Origin: Patescibacteria group bacterium
GTDB lineage: Bacteria; Patescibacteriota; Kazan-3B-28; UBA10110
Length of the DNA: 58,777 nt
Reading direction: 5' to 3'
Assembly (NCBI GenBank): GCA_016936175.1
Contig: JAFGPN010000003.1
Span: forward strand, 1 to 58,777
The position numbers were made by a program, and so were the translations under genes. Every line of letters starts with the position of its first letter. The first letter of the stretch is position 1. The notes beneath the pieces are model-generated. The model was not told the DNA's origin and searched no databases. It worked only from the letters and a program-made list of their open reading frames with translations. Positions 28,553 to 38,204 of the stretch are shown here, in pieces.

Positions 28553-29644
28553 CTAGCTCTTAATCTTTTTGCGGATAAAGGCCGGCACATCCAACTCGGT
28601 CTTACCTTCCTCTTCGGCGGCTTGTTTCCGTTGCTCTGGCCGCTTGCGGCTTGTTCCAACACCGTAGGTGGCATCATCAAAGCCGGTCGCCACCACAGTA
28701 ATCTTAACCTCACCCTGCATCGCCTCATCGATCACCGCACCAAAAATAATGTTGGCATCTGGATCGGCCGCTTCGGTAATTATCCGGGCTGCCTCATCGA
28801 TCTCGTACATCCCCAAATCTGGTCCACCAGTAATATTAAACAGAATGCCCTTTGCCCCATCGATAGAAAGCTCTAACAGCGGACTGTCGATAGCCTGCTT
28901 GGCGGCCTCTAAGGTGCGACTATCGCCGGTACCGCGACCGATACCCATTAGGGCCGAACCAGAGTTGGCCATAATCGCCTTTACATCGGCAAAGTCCACA
29001 TTAATCATCCCGTGTTGAGTAATCAGATCAGAGATGCCCTGAACACCCTGACGAAGCACATCATCTACAACCGAGAAGGCATCGTACAAAGAGGTCTTTT
29101 TGTCGATTACCTGCAACAACCGATCGTTTGGGATAACGATTAGGGTATCCACCCGCGAGCGGAGCTCTTCGATTCCCTCATCTGATATCTTCTTTCGCCG
29201 TAGACCTTCAAACGAGAACGGCTTGGTAACCACAGCCACCGTCAAAGCACCTAACTCACGCGCAATCTCTGCCACGATCGGGCCCGCTCCAGTACCAGTG
29301 CCACCACCGGCGCCGTAGGTGACAAACACCATATCCGCATCTTTCAATGCATTATAAATATCTTCTTTGTTTTCCTCGGCGGCTTTTTTGCCCAAATCGG
29401 GATCGGCACCGGCACCCAATCCTCTTGTGGTCGTCTGACCAATATGCACCTTGGTGGGAGCATCGCAAAAATGCAAATCCTGCGCATCGGTATTGACCGC
29501 TACAAACTCCACTCCCTTAATCTTTGATTCGACCATGCGATTAACCGCATGCGAACCAGACCCTCCAACGCCCACAACTTTAATGCGAGCAAATACATCT
29601 TCCCCCATAAAGTCACGAACTGCTGTTCTTCTTTGTGCCGGCAT
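28553..29644 (-). CDS. ftsZ: Cell division protein FtsZ
   Basis: [16 protein letters not shown]-terminal [10 protein letters not shown]. Confidence 0.98.
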   Translation of the reverse strand: MPAQRRTAVRDFMGEDVFARIKVVGVGGSGSHAVNRMVESKIKGVEFVAVNTDAQDLHFCDAPTKVHIGQTTTRGLGAGADPDLGKKAAEENKEDIYNALKDADMVFVTYGAGGGTGTGAGPIVAEIARELGALTVAVVTKPFSFEGLRRKKISDEGIEELRSRVDTLIVIPNDRLLQVIDKKTSLYDAFSVVDDVLRQGVQGISDLITQHGMINVDFADVKAIMANSGSALMGIGRGTGDSRTLEAAKQAIDSPLLELSIDGAKGILFNITGGPDLGMYEIDEAARIITEAADPDANIIFGAVIDEAMQGEVKITVVATGFDDATYGVGTSRKRPEQRKQAAEEEGKTELDVPAFIRKKIKS

Positions 29645-29680
29645 CTTCTGTACCTCCTAAGTACTTATGGACTTTAATAA

Positions 29681-29751
29681 TCCCCAATTACTCCACACTT
29701 TATCCACCCAAATTGACTTCTCATTATAACTGGGGGTTATCGGGAAGTCAA
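29681..29751 (-). promoter_or_regulatory. ftsZ promoter with downstream GTGGA direct-repeat operator
   Basis: TTGACT-17-TATAAT (29751-29723), then GTGGAT, GTGGAG and GGGGAT at an 11-bp period. Confidence 0.6.
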
Positions 29752-29998
29752 AAATCTTTTTTCTAATCAAATTGTCTGCTCCCACAAAACAAAACCGGCC
29801 AATCCCTCCCAAGTTATCCACCACAACCGGATTGTGGATAAGCCCCATTAGAGATTGCTCCCTACCCCGTCATCCTGAATTTATTTCAGGATCTATAGAT
29901 GCTGAAACGAGCCTGTCCGCGGACGCGGGATGCGGCCAGGGTTCAGCATGACAATTAACTTTTTATTGTTTATTGCCGGATCGGAAGCGGGGTAAGGC

Positions 29999-31213
29999 CT
30001 ATTTGAACCAGCCTCTGATGCGTGACAACACTACACCGATGTTTGGATCCTGGGCGTAGGCTGGTACGTTTTGTTTCTCATCCATCGCCCACATCATTAA
30101 TCCAATACCAGTGGCAAACCGCGGGTCATCCAATCGGTCTACTACCCCACGAAGTTCGATTGGAAAACCAATGCTGGCAGGCAAACTTAAGTGGTCTTTG
30201 GCCGCTTCGGCGATACCGGGGAGTTTACTGCCCCCTCCAACCAACACGGCACCGCAAGGCAACATCCCGTCTCGTCCAACCTTTCGTAGTTCGGTTTTAA
30301 CCAACAAAAATATCTCTGCTAATCTATCCTGGATAATCTCCGCCACATAACGTCGTGATACCATCTGGTCTTCCGATTTATCAAACTTAGATAGATCAAT
30401 CTGGTCTCGATCCGATAAGGTTACTGGATTGGCCATCCCGTATTCTAACTTAACTGCTTCTGCCACCTCCAACGAGGCCCTCAGACCGATGGCGATATCA
30501 GAGGTAATATGGTTGGAGCCGATTGGCAATACTGCCGAATGATACACATCGCCATCTTCAAACACCACCATCCCAGTAGTGCCAGCTCCGATATCTATTA
30601 CTACCACCCCTAACTGCTTCTGCTTTTTGCCCAAAACAGCCGTGCTGGCCGCCAGGGGGGCTAACACAAAACTATTTATTCTGACCCCGGCCTGTTCGAC
30701 CGTCTTCTGGAGATTTTTAATAAACGGGGTCGAGCCAGTAATAACATGGGCATCCACCTCCAATCGCACCCCCGTCATCCCCACCGGGTCCTTGATGTTA
30801 TCCTGCCCATCCACCATAAACATCCTGGGGATGACATGGATAATCTCTCGGTTGGGAGGCATCGCCACTGCTTGGGCGCTCTCAATTGCCCGCATCACAT
30901 CGTCGTGATTTACCTCACCCCGGGCAATCGAAACCACACCCCTGGTGTTGGAGGCCTGAATATGCTCACCGTTAATACTAATATAGACATTGTCTATGGG
31001 TACACCGGCCATTCGTTCCGCCTCCCGAAGCGAAGCCGAGATCGCCGCCACCGTCTCTTCCACATCGGTAACCACACCCTTTCTAAGGCCACTGCCTTCA
31101 CGAACACCCACACCAATAATATTGGGATGAACTTCACCCTCTTGGCGATGACCGATTACGGTCACCACTTCCGAGCTCCCTACATCGATACCGACGGTAA
31201 TTTTTTCTTTCAT
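29999..31213 (-). CDS. ftsA: Cell division protein FtsA
   Basis: GIDVGSS, VIDIGAGTT, VLVGGGSKL. Confidence 0.96.
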   Translation of the reverse strand: MKEKITVGIDVGSSEVVTVIGHRQEGEVHPNIIGVGVREGSGLRKGVVTDVEETVAAISASLREAERMAGVPIDNVYISINGEHIQASNTRGVVSIARGEVNHDDVMRAIESAQAVAMPPNREIIHVIPRMFMVDGQDNIKDPVGMTGVRLEVDAHVITGSTPFIKNLQKTVEQAGVRINSFVLAPLAASTAVLGKKQKQLGVVVIDIGAGTTGMVVFEDGDVYHSAVLPIGSNHITSDIAIGLRASLEVAEAVKLEYGMANPVTLSDRDQIDLSKFDKSEDQMVSRRYVAEIIQDRLAEIFLLVKTELRKVGRDGMLPCGAVLVGGGSKLPGIAEAAKDHLSLPASIGFPIELRGVVDRLDDPRFATGIGLMMWAMDEKQNVPAYAQDPNIGVVLSRIRGWFK

Positions 31214-31271
31214 CCCGTTAAATCCTGCACTCATTATAGGTAAGAAGCCCCACTAAGACAAATCCGATATT

Positions 31272-31727
31272 TTAGATGATGGTAGCCAGAATCTTGTCCT
31301 CTAACTGCTCCATCACCTCGGCATCGGCTTTATCTTCGTGATCAAACCCCAGTAGATGTAATACCCCGTGAATAAATAGTTGCGCAAATCTCTCGCGCGA
31401 TGTTTCGTGGAGATCGTGCGCCTCACGCATTAGGGTCGGATATGAAATATAAACATCACCCAGGTAATTTTTATCTAGCGAATTCTCCGTCGAGACAAAA
31501 TCTTTTATCTCATCATTGGCAAACGATAATACATTAGTGGATCTATCTTTGTCTCGATAGCGATGATTTAAACTTCGCATCTGTTCGTCCGAAGTAACCA
31601 CTAATCCAACTTCCGAATTTTGATCGCCAGCCACTTGAGCCAACGTCATATCAAAAATAAAATGGATGAAACTCTCATCCACTCCTTCGATTCCATAGGT
31701 ATCGTACCCGATAAACACCTGAGACAT
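31272..31727 (-). CDS. ybeY: rRNA maturation RNase YbeY
   Basis: LNHRYRDKD..TNVLSF, HGVLHLLGFDH. Confidence 0.95.
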   Translation of the reverse strand: MSQVFIGYDTYGIEGVDESFIHFIFDMTLAQVAGDQNSEVGLVVTSDEQMRSLNHRYRDKDRSTNVLSFANDEIKDFVSTENSLDKNYLGDVYISYPTLMREAHDLHETSRERFAQLFIHGVLHLLGFDHEDKADAEVMEQLEDKILATII

Positions 31728-31737
31728 GTCGATACGC

Positions 31738-32175
31738 TTACCCTTTGAATTTTTGATTAACCAACTTAGAAACCACCGCACCATCAGCGTTCCCGGCTGT
31801 GCGTTTGATTACCGCACCAATAATCTGCCCCATCTGGGCATCCGGATTAGCCGCGACCTCTTCTTCTACGATCTTAGCCACCGCCGCTTCATCCATCATC
31901 TGTGGCAGGTACACCTCCAAAATTTTACCCTCGGCTTCTTCTTTATCACTCTGTTCAGTCCTCCCGCCCAATCTAAAACTTTCGGCGGCCTCTTTACGCT
32001 TCTTTACTTCGCGCCTAATCACTGCATGGATGGTGGACTCGTCTAACTCGTCGCCCTTAGCAATCTCCTCGTTGTGCAAAGCGGCAGATAACATCCTTAG
32101 GGTTTGTAGCTTTAAATCCTCCTTAGCCTTCATGGCTGCGGTTAGATCAGACTGAATTTGATCTTTTAAGTTCAT
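31738..32175 (-). CDS. GatB/YqeY domain protein
   Basis: AMKAK...LRML, E.K.R.EAAESF..GGR, YLPQ, ADG..VS. Confidence 0.92.
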   Translation of the reverse strand: MNLKDQIQSDLTAAMKAKEDLKLQTLRMLSAALHNEEIAKGDELDESTIHAVIRREVKKRKEAAESFRLGGRTEQSDKEEAEGKILEVYLPQMMDEAAVAKIVEEEVAANPDAQMGQIIGAVIKRTAGNADGAVVSKLVNQKFKG

Positions 32176-32200
32176 CCCGTTAAAGATTGCCCACCACCTC

Positions 32201-32283
32201 GTCATTCTGGGGAGTCAGTCGGCTGACGGACGACTCCAGAATCGTAGAATAATTCATACGATCCTGGACAAGCCAGGATGACG
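32201..32283. repeat. GTCAT-family REP doublet
   Basis: GTCATTCTGG..CCAGAATCGTA..TACGATCCTGG..CCAGGATGAC. Confidence 0.8.
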
Positions 32284-32294
32284 GCTGGAATCAA

Positions 32295-32498
32295 TTAGTA
32301 GAGTTCTTTTTTCTTCTGCACTTTAATTCGCTCCTTGCGCACGGCTGAGGCCCGACGCTTGGTTTTAGTAATAGGCTTAGTTTTAAACCGCCGTTCCTTG
32401 GCTTCGGTCAACACCTTGCTCATCACTACCAACCGGTTAAACCGGCGCATCATCGCCTCAAAACTCTCTTTTTCTTTCCTTTTGACGTTACTAGACAT
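32295..32498 (-). CDS. rpsU: 30S ribosomal protein S21
   Basis: ESFEAMMRRF, ERRFKTKP..KR. Confidence 0.88.
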   Translation of the reverse strand: MSSNVKRKEKESFEAMMRRFNRLVVMSKVLTEAKERRFKTKPITKTKRRASAVRKERIKVQKKKELY

Positions 32499-32504
32499 AA
32501 CCAG

Positions 32505-32533
32505 ATGATAACCTTAAGTTCTCCTTAAGTCAA
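32505..32533 (-). promoter_or_regulatory. rpsU promoter, leaderless geometry
   Basis: TTGACT-17-TATCAT, 6 nt before ATG. Confidence 0.6.
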
Positions 32534-32538
32534 ACCCC

Positions 32539-32943
32539 TTACTCCTTAGCCAGCAGCACGGCGGCCTCGGTGTAGAGGCTCAGCCGTTCAGTTAGGGGTG
32601 CTCCGCCCAACAGGTGGAAGTGGAGGTGAGGCACTACCTGGCCACCCCACTTACCCACGTTCACCGTTACCCGATACCCACTATCAGCGATGTTCAGCTG
32701 GCGGGCCAGCTCCTTACATCGATAAAGCATCTTACCCATCAACTCCTTATCTTTAGGAGTAACATCAGCCAGACTCGTGATGTGTTTTTTAGGGATGACT
32801 AGCACATGGATAGGCGCATGAGGATGGATATCATCAAAGGCAACCATGTCGCGATCTTCAAACCGCTTGCTCGCCGGCAATTTTCCGGTAGCAATCTGAC
32901 AAAAGATGCAGTCTTTAGCCGGTTGTTTTTTGGGGCGACTCAT
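32539..32943 (-). CDS. HIT family nucleotide-binding protein
   Basis: CIFCQI, HLHFHLLGG. Confidence 0.93.
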   Translation of the reverse strand: MSRPKKQPAKDCIFCQIATGKLPASKRFEDRDMVAFDDIHPHAPIHVLVIPKKHITSLADVTPKDKELMGKMLYRCKELARQLNIADSGYRVTVNVGKWGGQVVPHLHFHLLGGAPLTERLSLYTEAAVLLAKE

Positions 32944-33887
32944 CTCGATTAATTATTTGACTGATAATATTTTTTACCTCGATCGCAATCAACCGCTTAC
33001 TTTTATTATCTCTCTTTTCTTGGGTCAGATCATATAAGATACCAACCAACGATAGCACAAAAGTGGCATCCATCTCTTTACCTAACCCGTACTTACTCCT
33101 GACCTCATTGGTCCAGGTCTCTAAGCTTACACGTTCATCGTCTAATTTAAGCAGAGACCAAGCTAAAAAACGCATCGGCATATAGTGCCGCGGCCGGGTG
33201 GCAACGTCTATATCTACCACCCCAGTTCGCTGTTCCAGGCCATCGTAAGGAACAATTAAATGGTCTCCGTTCGGGTGGGTCCCGCCAGATTCTTACTATA
33301 TCGTCCAACTCCGGCTGATGCCGCTGGGCATAAGCTCGAACTTGGTCAATAAATTTTGCATCAATTAAATGGCCAGCGACAAGCTTTTCGTCTTCTAAGA
33401 TGGGTTTTACCCAACCGTCGGCGTCACCGGATAATCTCTTGCTAATCCATGTTCGCCCTTCATCAATCTCGGTTTGAGTTAGAGAGGGTCGATTTAATAA
33501 ACTGTCCACCTCGTTTAGTGTATTAAAAACTCTTTTCATTAAATGAGGCTGTTTCCAAAAAATTTCTCGCGACACCGGCAGACCTTTAATATGTTCAAAT
33601 AAGATATAACGCCCATCCTCGCGACTAACAACCGCTGGCACTCGAATGAGCTTGCTGCCCTCGGCCAACTCCCCTAACCGCCGCGTTTTAGCCACCTCTC
33701 CTTCGTTAAAATTGCCAACCTTGAGATTGTAGTAAACTCGATTATCCGACTCGACTAGATACATCGTGGCGACCTCTCCGTCGAGAGCCAATTTTTCTCC
33801 TCCCCTAAATCGACCAACTGGAGTAACCTCTAATTCGGCACAGATTTGGTCCAGGGGGCTAGCTTGTGGTCCGTTCTCAATCATCAA
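32915..33887 (-). pseudogene. APH/choline kinase-like protein, frameshifted
   Basis: Two overlapping ORFs; removing one copy of the ACCC duplication (33273-33280) restores WRDPNGDHLIVP...GVVDID. Confidence 0.65.
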
Positions 33888-34205
33888 CTATTTAATTAAA
33901 CTATCTGCATCAATCGGCTCCCACTCGCCATCCACTTCGCGATAGACCGTAAGATGGCTAACTTTTTCGTCCGGCGAATAGACATATTCATACTGCGCCG
34001 AGCTTTTACCACGGCGATGTGCCCCGGTTACCTTTTTATCTAAAATCGCTGGCCGCACCGTGCGCACCAGCTTAACTCTCCCGATCGGCGCCTCAAAGAT
34101 TATCGTTTCGATCTCGGACACATCTTCTTGCGTTTTCTCTCGCGAGAGCACCTTAAAATTCGTCAAAATCCGATCTAATACTTCTCCCCATTTATCATCT
34201 CTCAT
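33888..34205 (-). CDS. Hypothetical protein
   Basis: 105-aa ORF MRDDKW...; the ATG directly follows CTAACGGG. Confidence 0.75.
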   Translation of the reverse strand: MRDDKWGEVLDRILTNFKVLSREKTQEDVSEIETIIFEAPIGRVKLVRTVRPAILDKKVTGAHRRGKSSAQYEYVYSPDEKVSHLTVYREVDGEWEPIDADSLIK

Positions 34206-34491
34206 CCCGTTAGAAGCCCTTAGCAAAAAATAATTTTAACCGGTTTCGAATATATCGTTTACCCATAGCGGATTTGAGATATCGTTCTCGCGCCCTCGCA
34301 TCATCCCGCTCAAGAGACACTTCATAATAAATCAACTTCCACGGTGTTCCACAGATTTAGTTGATGTATTTTTATCGCCATTGTGGGTTAAAATTCTTTT
34401 TTACAGATCGTTGGTGAATCCAGTATACAGCTTCCCGTTGCGTTGACTAACCAGAACATAAATGTACCACTTAGATTGGATTCTAATGGGA
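34205..34491. mobile_element. 287-bp inverted-repeat cassette carrying a GIY-YIG gene
   Basis: TCCCGTTAGAA versus TTCTAATGGGA, 10/11 match; hisS TAG stop in the right arm, nuclease TAA stop in the left arm. Confidence 0.6.
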
Positions 34492-34496
34492 CTCAT
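34210..34496 (-). pseudogene. Small GIY-YIG nuclease, inactivated
   Basis: Own translation: WYIYVLVSQRNGKLYTGFTNDL*KRILTHN, then a frameshift to PWKLIYYE...ARARERYLKSAMGKRYIRNRL. Confidence 0.85.
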
Positions 34497-35796
34497 ATAC
34501 GTTCGGCACCCTTAAACCTTTTTCCTCTAATTTTTTTAAAGTAATTTTTACTACATCCCGATCAATCACTGTCTCCTGCGCTCGATCTACCATATCTCTA
34601 ATAATCACGTTTTTATCGTGGACCTCTTGATCTCCAATAATAACGGTTAGAGGGGTGTGCAATTTAGAGGCCAGGCGAAGCTGGGCCTGAATACTACCGC
34701 GACCTAAAGCACTCGATACTCGCAGATTGGCTAGTTCTAGTTTTTCGATAACTTCAATTGCTTTAGGCTTTGCCCGGTCGCCCAACTGAACAATAAATAT
34801 ATCGCTCTGGACCAAATCCGGCACTGCTATCGCCTGTTGCTTTAGAGTATCGATTACCCGCTCTACCCCGCCAGCATAACCAAAAGCTGATGTGTCCGGG
34901 CCGCCCAATTGTTTTATCAAAGTGTCGTAACGGCCACCACCGCCCAAAGACAGCTCTTCGCTGCCCCGCACCACTACCTCAAACACAGTGTGAGTATAGT
35001 AATCTAACCCACGCACCAACTTAGGGTCCAGTTCGTACTCCACACGCATCTCGTCTAAATATTCCAACACTTTAGTAAACCGCTTTTTGGACTCGTCGTC
35101 CAAGCTATCAATTAACGAAGATGAGATACCATCCAAGATCTCGCGACACTTGCCAACCTTGCAATCCAACACCCTTAACGGGTTCTTCTTTAATCGCAAT
35201 TTACAATCGGCACAAAGATCTTTTTTATTCTTCTCCAGTAGTTTACCCAGGGCAGTCATCATCTTGCCCTTAGATCTTTCGGTGCCCAAACTATTAATCT
35301 TAATCACCACCTCTTGCATGCCCAGCCTCTCGTGGAATTTGGCTATAGTTTGAATTAACATCGCGTCTACGATCGGGTCACTATCCCCTAACAACTCTAA
35401 TCCGCACTGATAGAACTCTCTAAACCGCCCGGCTTGCGGCCGATCGTATCTAAACATTGGCCCCCAATAATATAGCTGAATCGGCTGGGGCAAAGCCTGC
35501 ATCCCGTGTTCGATATATGCTCGTGCCACTCCCGCCGTGCCCTCTGGCCTTAAAGTTAAACTGTTAGCGCTTTTGTCCTTAAAGGTATACATCTCCTTGC
35601 TGACAATATCGGTAAACTCACCCACGCTCCGTTTAAATAGTTCCGTGGATTCAAACGTAGGGATAATAATCCGCTCAAAACCGGCGGCTTGAGCCGCTTC
35701 TCTAAAATTGTTTTCTACCCAAAACCAATATTTCTGTTCGTCGGGTAAAATATCGTGGACGCCCCTGGGCGCCTGGATCTTTTTTTTATCTGTCAT
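34483..35796 (-). CDS. hisS: Histidyl-tRNA synthetase
   Basis: LRPEGTAGV, FRYDRPQAGRFREFYQ, LVRGLDYY, GGGRYD. Confidence 0.98.
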   Translation of the reverse strand: MTDKKKIQAPRGVHDILPDEQKYWFWVENNFREAAQAAGFERIIIPTFESTELFKRSVGEFTDIVSKEMYTFKDKSANSLTLRPEGTAGVARAYIEHGMQALPQPIQLYYWGPMFRYDRPQAGRFREFYQCGLELLGDSDPIVDAMLIQTIAKFHERLGMQEVVIKINSLGTERSKGKMMTALGKLLEKNKKDLCADCKLRLKKNPLRVLDCKVGKCREILDGISSSLIDSLDDESKKRFTKVLEYLDEMRVEYELDPKLVRGLDYYTHTVFEVVVRGSEELSLGGGGRYDTLIKQLGGPDTSAFGYAGGVERVIDTLKQQAIAVPDLVQSDIFIVQLGDRAKPKAIEVIEKLELANLRVSSALGRGSIQAQLRLASKLHTPLTVIIGDQEVHDKNVIIRDMVDRAQETVIDRDVVKITLKKLEEKGLRVPNVYESH

Positions 35797-35810
35797 TGGA
35801 TTATCAATTA

Positions 35811-36707
35811 CTATCTCTCTCTCCGCCTACCCATCCATAACAAGATAGGAGCCGCAATAAAGATCGAAGAATAAGTTCCAATTACTATGCCAATTAGCAG
35901 TGCTAAAGTGAAAAACTTGAGGGTCGCACCGCCAAACAATGTCATCGCCAGCAATACTAACACCACCGTAAAAGAAGTATTAATAGAACGAACTACCGTT
36001 TCGGAGATACTATCATTACAGATGGTAATCAGGTCTTCGCCAGCCCGGCGACGGAGATTTTCCCGAATCCGATCAAAAGTAACAATGGTGTCGTGAACCG
36101 AGAAACCAAGCAGGGTTAACAAGGCGGCGATAAACATCCCATCCACTTCGGCCCCAAAATAATGGCTCATCACTGAGTAAGCTCCCAACAAAATAATCAC
36201 ATCATGAACCAAGGCAACCAATGCCCCAAAACCAAAATCCCACGAGGTCAGCGGTTTGGGCACTCGGCGAAAAGCATAAGCTAGATAAAGCATAATCCCC
36301 AACGCGGCGATGATTACGGCCAAAATCGCTTTTCTAACTATGTCGGCGCTAATCGTTGGGTCTACGCTCTCAAACCGCAACTCGGAAGCCTCGTCAAATT
36401 TAGTCTGGAGAAAGGCCAAGATGTCGTTCTTGTTTTGATTATCAATCTGAGCACTCCGGATAAAGTAGCGATCTCCCTCGGTTGATTGCGGAGCCACATC
36501 CAATCCAACCACTTGCTTATAAGCTTCGATAATCGCTGGTTTAACCTCTGCCCCATCTTTAGGACCAGCTAACTGCACCTCTAAATTAGTGCCACCAGCA
36601 AAATCAATTCCGGTGCGATAACCAAACACACTAATAGATGTGATACTAGACAGAATCAAGACCAACGAGACAATCAGCCAAATTTTACGAGCACCTAAAA
36701 TATTCAT
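35811..36707 (-). CDS. secF: Protein translocase subunit SecF
   Basis: GIDFAGGT, GFSVHDTIVTFDRIRE, RSINTS, GTYSSIFIA. Confidence 0.96.
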   Translation of the reverse strand: MNILGARKIWLIVSLVLILSSITSISVFGYRTGIDFAGGTNLEVQLAGPKDGAEVKPAIIEAYKQVVGLDVAPQSTEGDRYFIRSAQIDNQNKNDILAFLQTKFDEASELRFESVDPTISADIVRKAILAVIIAALGIMLYLAYAFRRVPKPLTSWDFGFGALVALVHDVIILLGAYSVMSHYFGAEVDGMFIAALLTLLGFSVHDTIVTFDRIRENLRRRAGEDLITICNDSISETVVRSINTSFTVVLVLLAMTLFGGATLKFFTLALLIGIVIGTYSSIFIAAPILLWMGRRRER

Positions 36708-36837
36708 CCCGTTAGAAATTCTTGGCGCAAAAATACTTTAGTTTTTTTACGCGCGCTAATTATTATGGAGTGAAGTGAGCAGTTATTCATCTTTAGTTAA
36801 TGGTTTAGGGTTATCTTCGACAAATTTCTAATGGGAT
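36706..36837. mobile_element. 132-bp inverted-repeat cassette between secD and secF
   Basis: ATCCCGTTAGAAATT versus AATTTCTAATGGGAT, 14/15 match; the secF ATG overlaps the left arm. Confidence 0.65.
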
Positions 36838-36843
36838 TCATTA

Positions 36844-38160
36844 TTATTTTATTTCCTTAGCCCCCCATAAGCGGAAGTTGCGAGATAAGCCAGTTAGCGA
36901 GATTAGTTGCAACAAGGTATGCGAAACGGTAATAGCACTAAATAAGCTAATTACCACCCCGATGCCCAGAGTAACGGCAAAGCCACGAATCAAACCCGAG
37001 CCAAAGTAATACAAAATAATACACGTAATAATAGTAGATATGTTCGAATCGCGGATAGAGCTCCAGGCTCGCGAGAAGCCGGCATCGATAGCTGCCACGA
37101 TGGTTTTACCCTCGCGAATTTCTTCTTTCATCCTCTCGAATATCAAAATATTGGCATCGATAGCCATCCCAATCGAGATAATAAAGCCAGCGATACCGGC
37201 CAGGGTTAATGTAACCGGCACTGCAATGTACACCGCTAAAGCAATTAGCGCATACATCATCAGAGCCACAGCCGCCACAAATCCCGGCAACCGATAGTAG
37301 ATTAGCATAAATAACAGCACCATCAGCAAACCCAGCAAACCAGCCGCCACACTTTTATTAACTGCTTCCTGACCTAAGGTAGCGCCGATATTATTTTGCG
37401 AAATCAGCTTAATCGGTATTGGCAATGCACCAGCTTTAAGCTGAATAGCCAAGGACTTGGCTTCGGCCAAATTAAATCCACCGCTAATTACTGCTTTACC
37501 ATCACTAATCTCGGTCTGAACCGTGGGAGCAGATAGCAATTTCTGATCCAAGAAGATAGCCAACGGTTTCTGGAGGTTCTTTTTGGTAGCCTCGGCAAAT
37601 ATCTTGGCGCCCCTACTATTAAATTCGATGGCTACCTGGGGTTGGCGAATAATCGAGTTGTTGGCTTGCGCCACCTGCGCTTCGGCGGCCACAAAATCTG
37701 CCCCGGTCAGCCCAATATCATGCCAATCGTCATAGTTTTCAGAGATGATACTGCTATTCTCATCTAAACTTTTGTCCGCAACTCCTTCTCTAAATTCCAA
37801 CTGAGCGGTAGTGCCAATAATCCCAATGGCTTGGTTAACATCTTCAATCCCCGGCAAATCCACAATCACCCTGGAGTTATCTCGGGTCTTTTGAATCACC
37901 GGTTCAGCCACCCCCAACGAGTCCACTCGACGACGGATAACGTTAACTACGCCGGTTACCGCATCATCAGCACTACCAACGTTTTTGCTTAGATCGGTTT
38001 GGTATACCAAATGGGTACCGCCCTGCAAATCCAATCCCTTATGAATTTTTAGGCCGTCTTTAAATCCGATAAACTTGGCCACTGCCGGAATATCCACCAC
38101 CAGCGCGACCAGTAGCACTACCACAATTATTCCCGTAATGAGACCTGTTTTTTTCAGCAT
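36844..38160 (-). CDS. secD: Protein translocase subunit SecD
   Basis: GLDLQGG, LKAGALP, GMAIDANILIFER, IRGFAVTL. Confidence 0.96.
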   Translation of the reverse strand: MLKKTGLITGIIVVVLLVALVVDIPAVAKFIGFKDGLKIHKGLDLQGGTHLVYQTDLSKNVGSADDAVTGVVNVIRRRVDSLGVAEPVIQKTRDNSRVIVDLPGIEDVNQAIGIIGTTAQLEFREGVADKSLDENSSIISENYDDWHDIGLTGADFVAAEAQVAQANNSIIRQPQVAIEFNSRGAKIFAEATKKNLQKPLAIFLDQKLLSAPTVQTEISDGKAVISGGFNLAEAKSLAIQLKAGALPIPIKLISQNNIGATLGQEAVNKSVAAGLLGLLMVLLFMLIYYRLPGFVAAVALMMYALIALAVYIAVPVTLTLAGIAGFIISIGMAIDANILIFERMKEEIREGKTIVAAIDAGFSRAWSSIRDSNISTIITCIILYYFGSGLIRGFAVTLGIGVVISLFSAITVSHTLLQLISLTGLSRNFRLWGAKEIK

Positions 38161-38204
38161 TGATATCTGTTGTCCCCCGTTAGTAACTACCTATTATTAA
38201 CACA

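Noticed and set aside
34380-34410. Stop-codon reassignment or readthrough to rescue the GIY-YIG gene
   Set aside because: TAA, TAG and TGA all end genuine genes here (for example, rseP, nrdR and thyX end in TGA), and a frameshift is also present.
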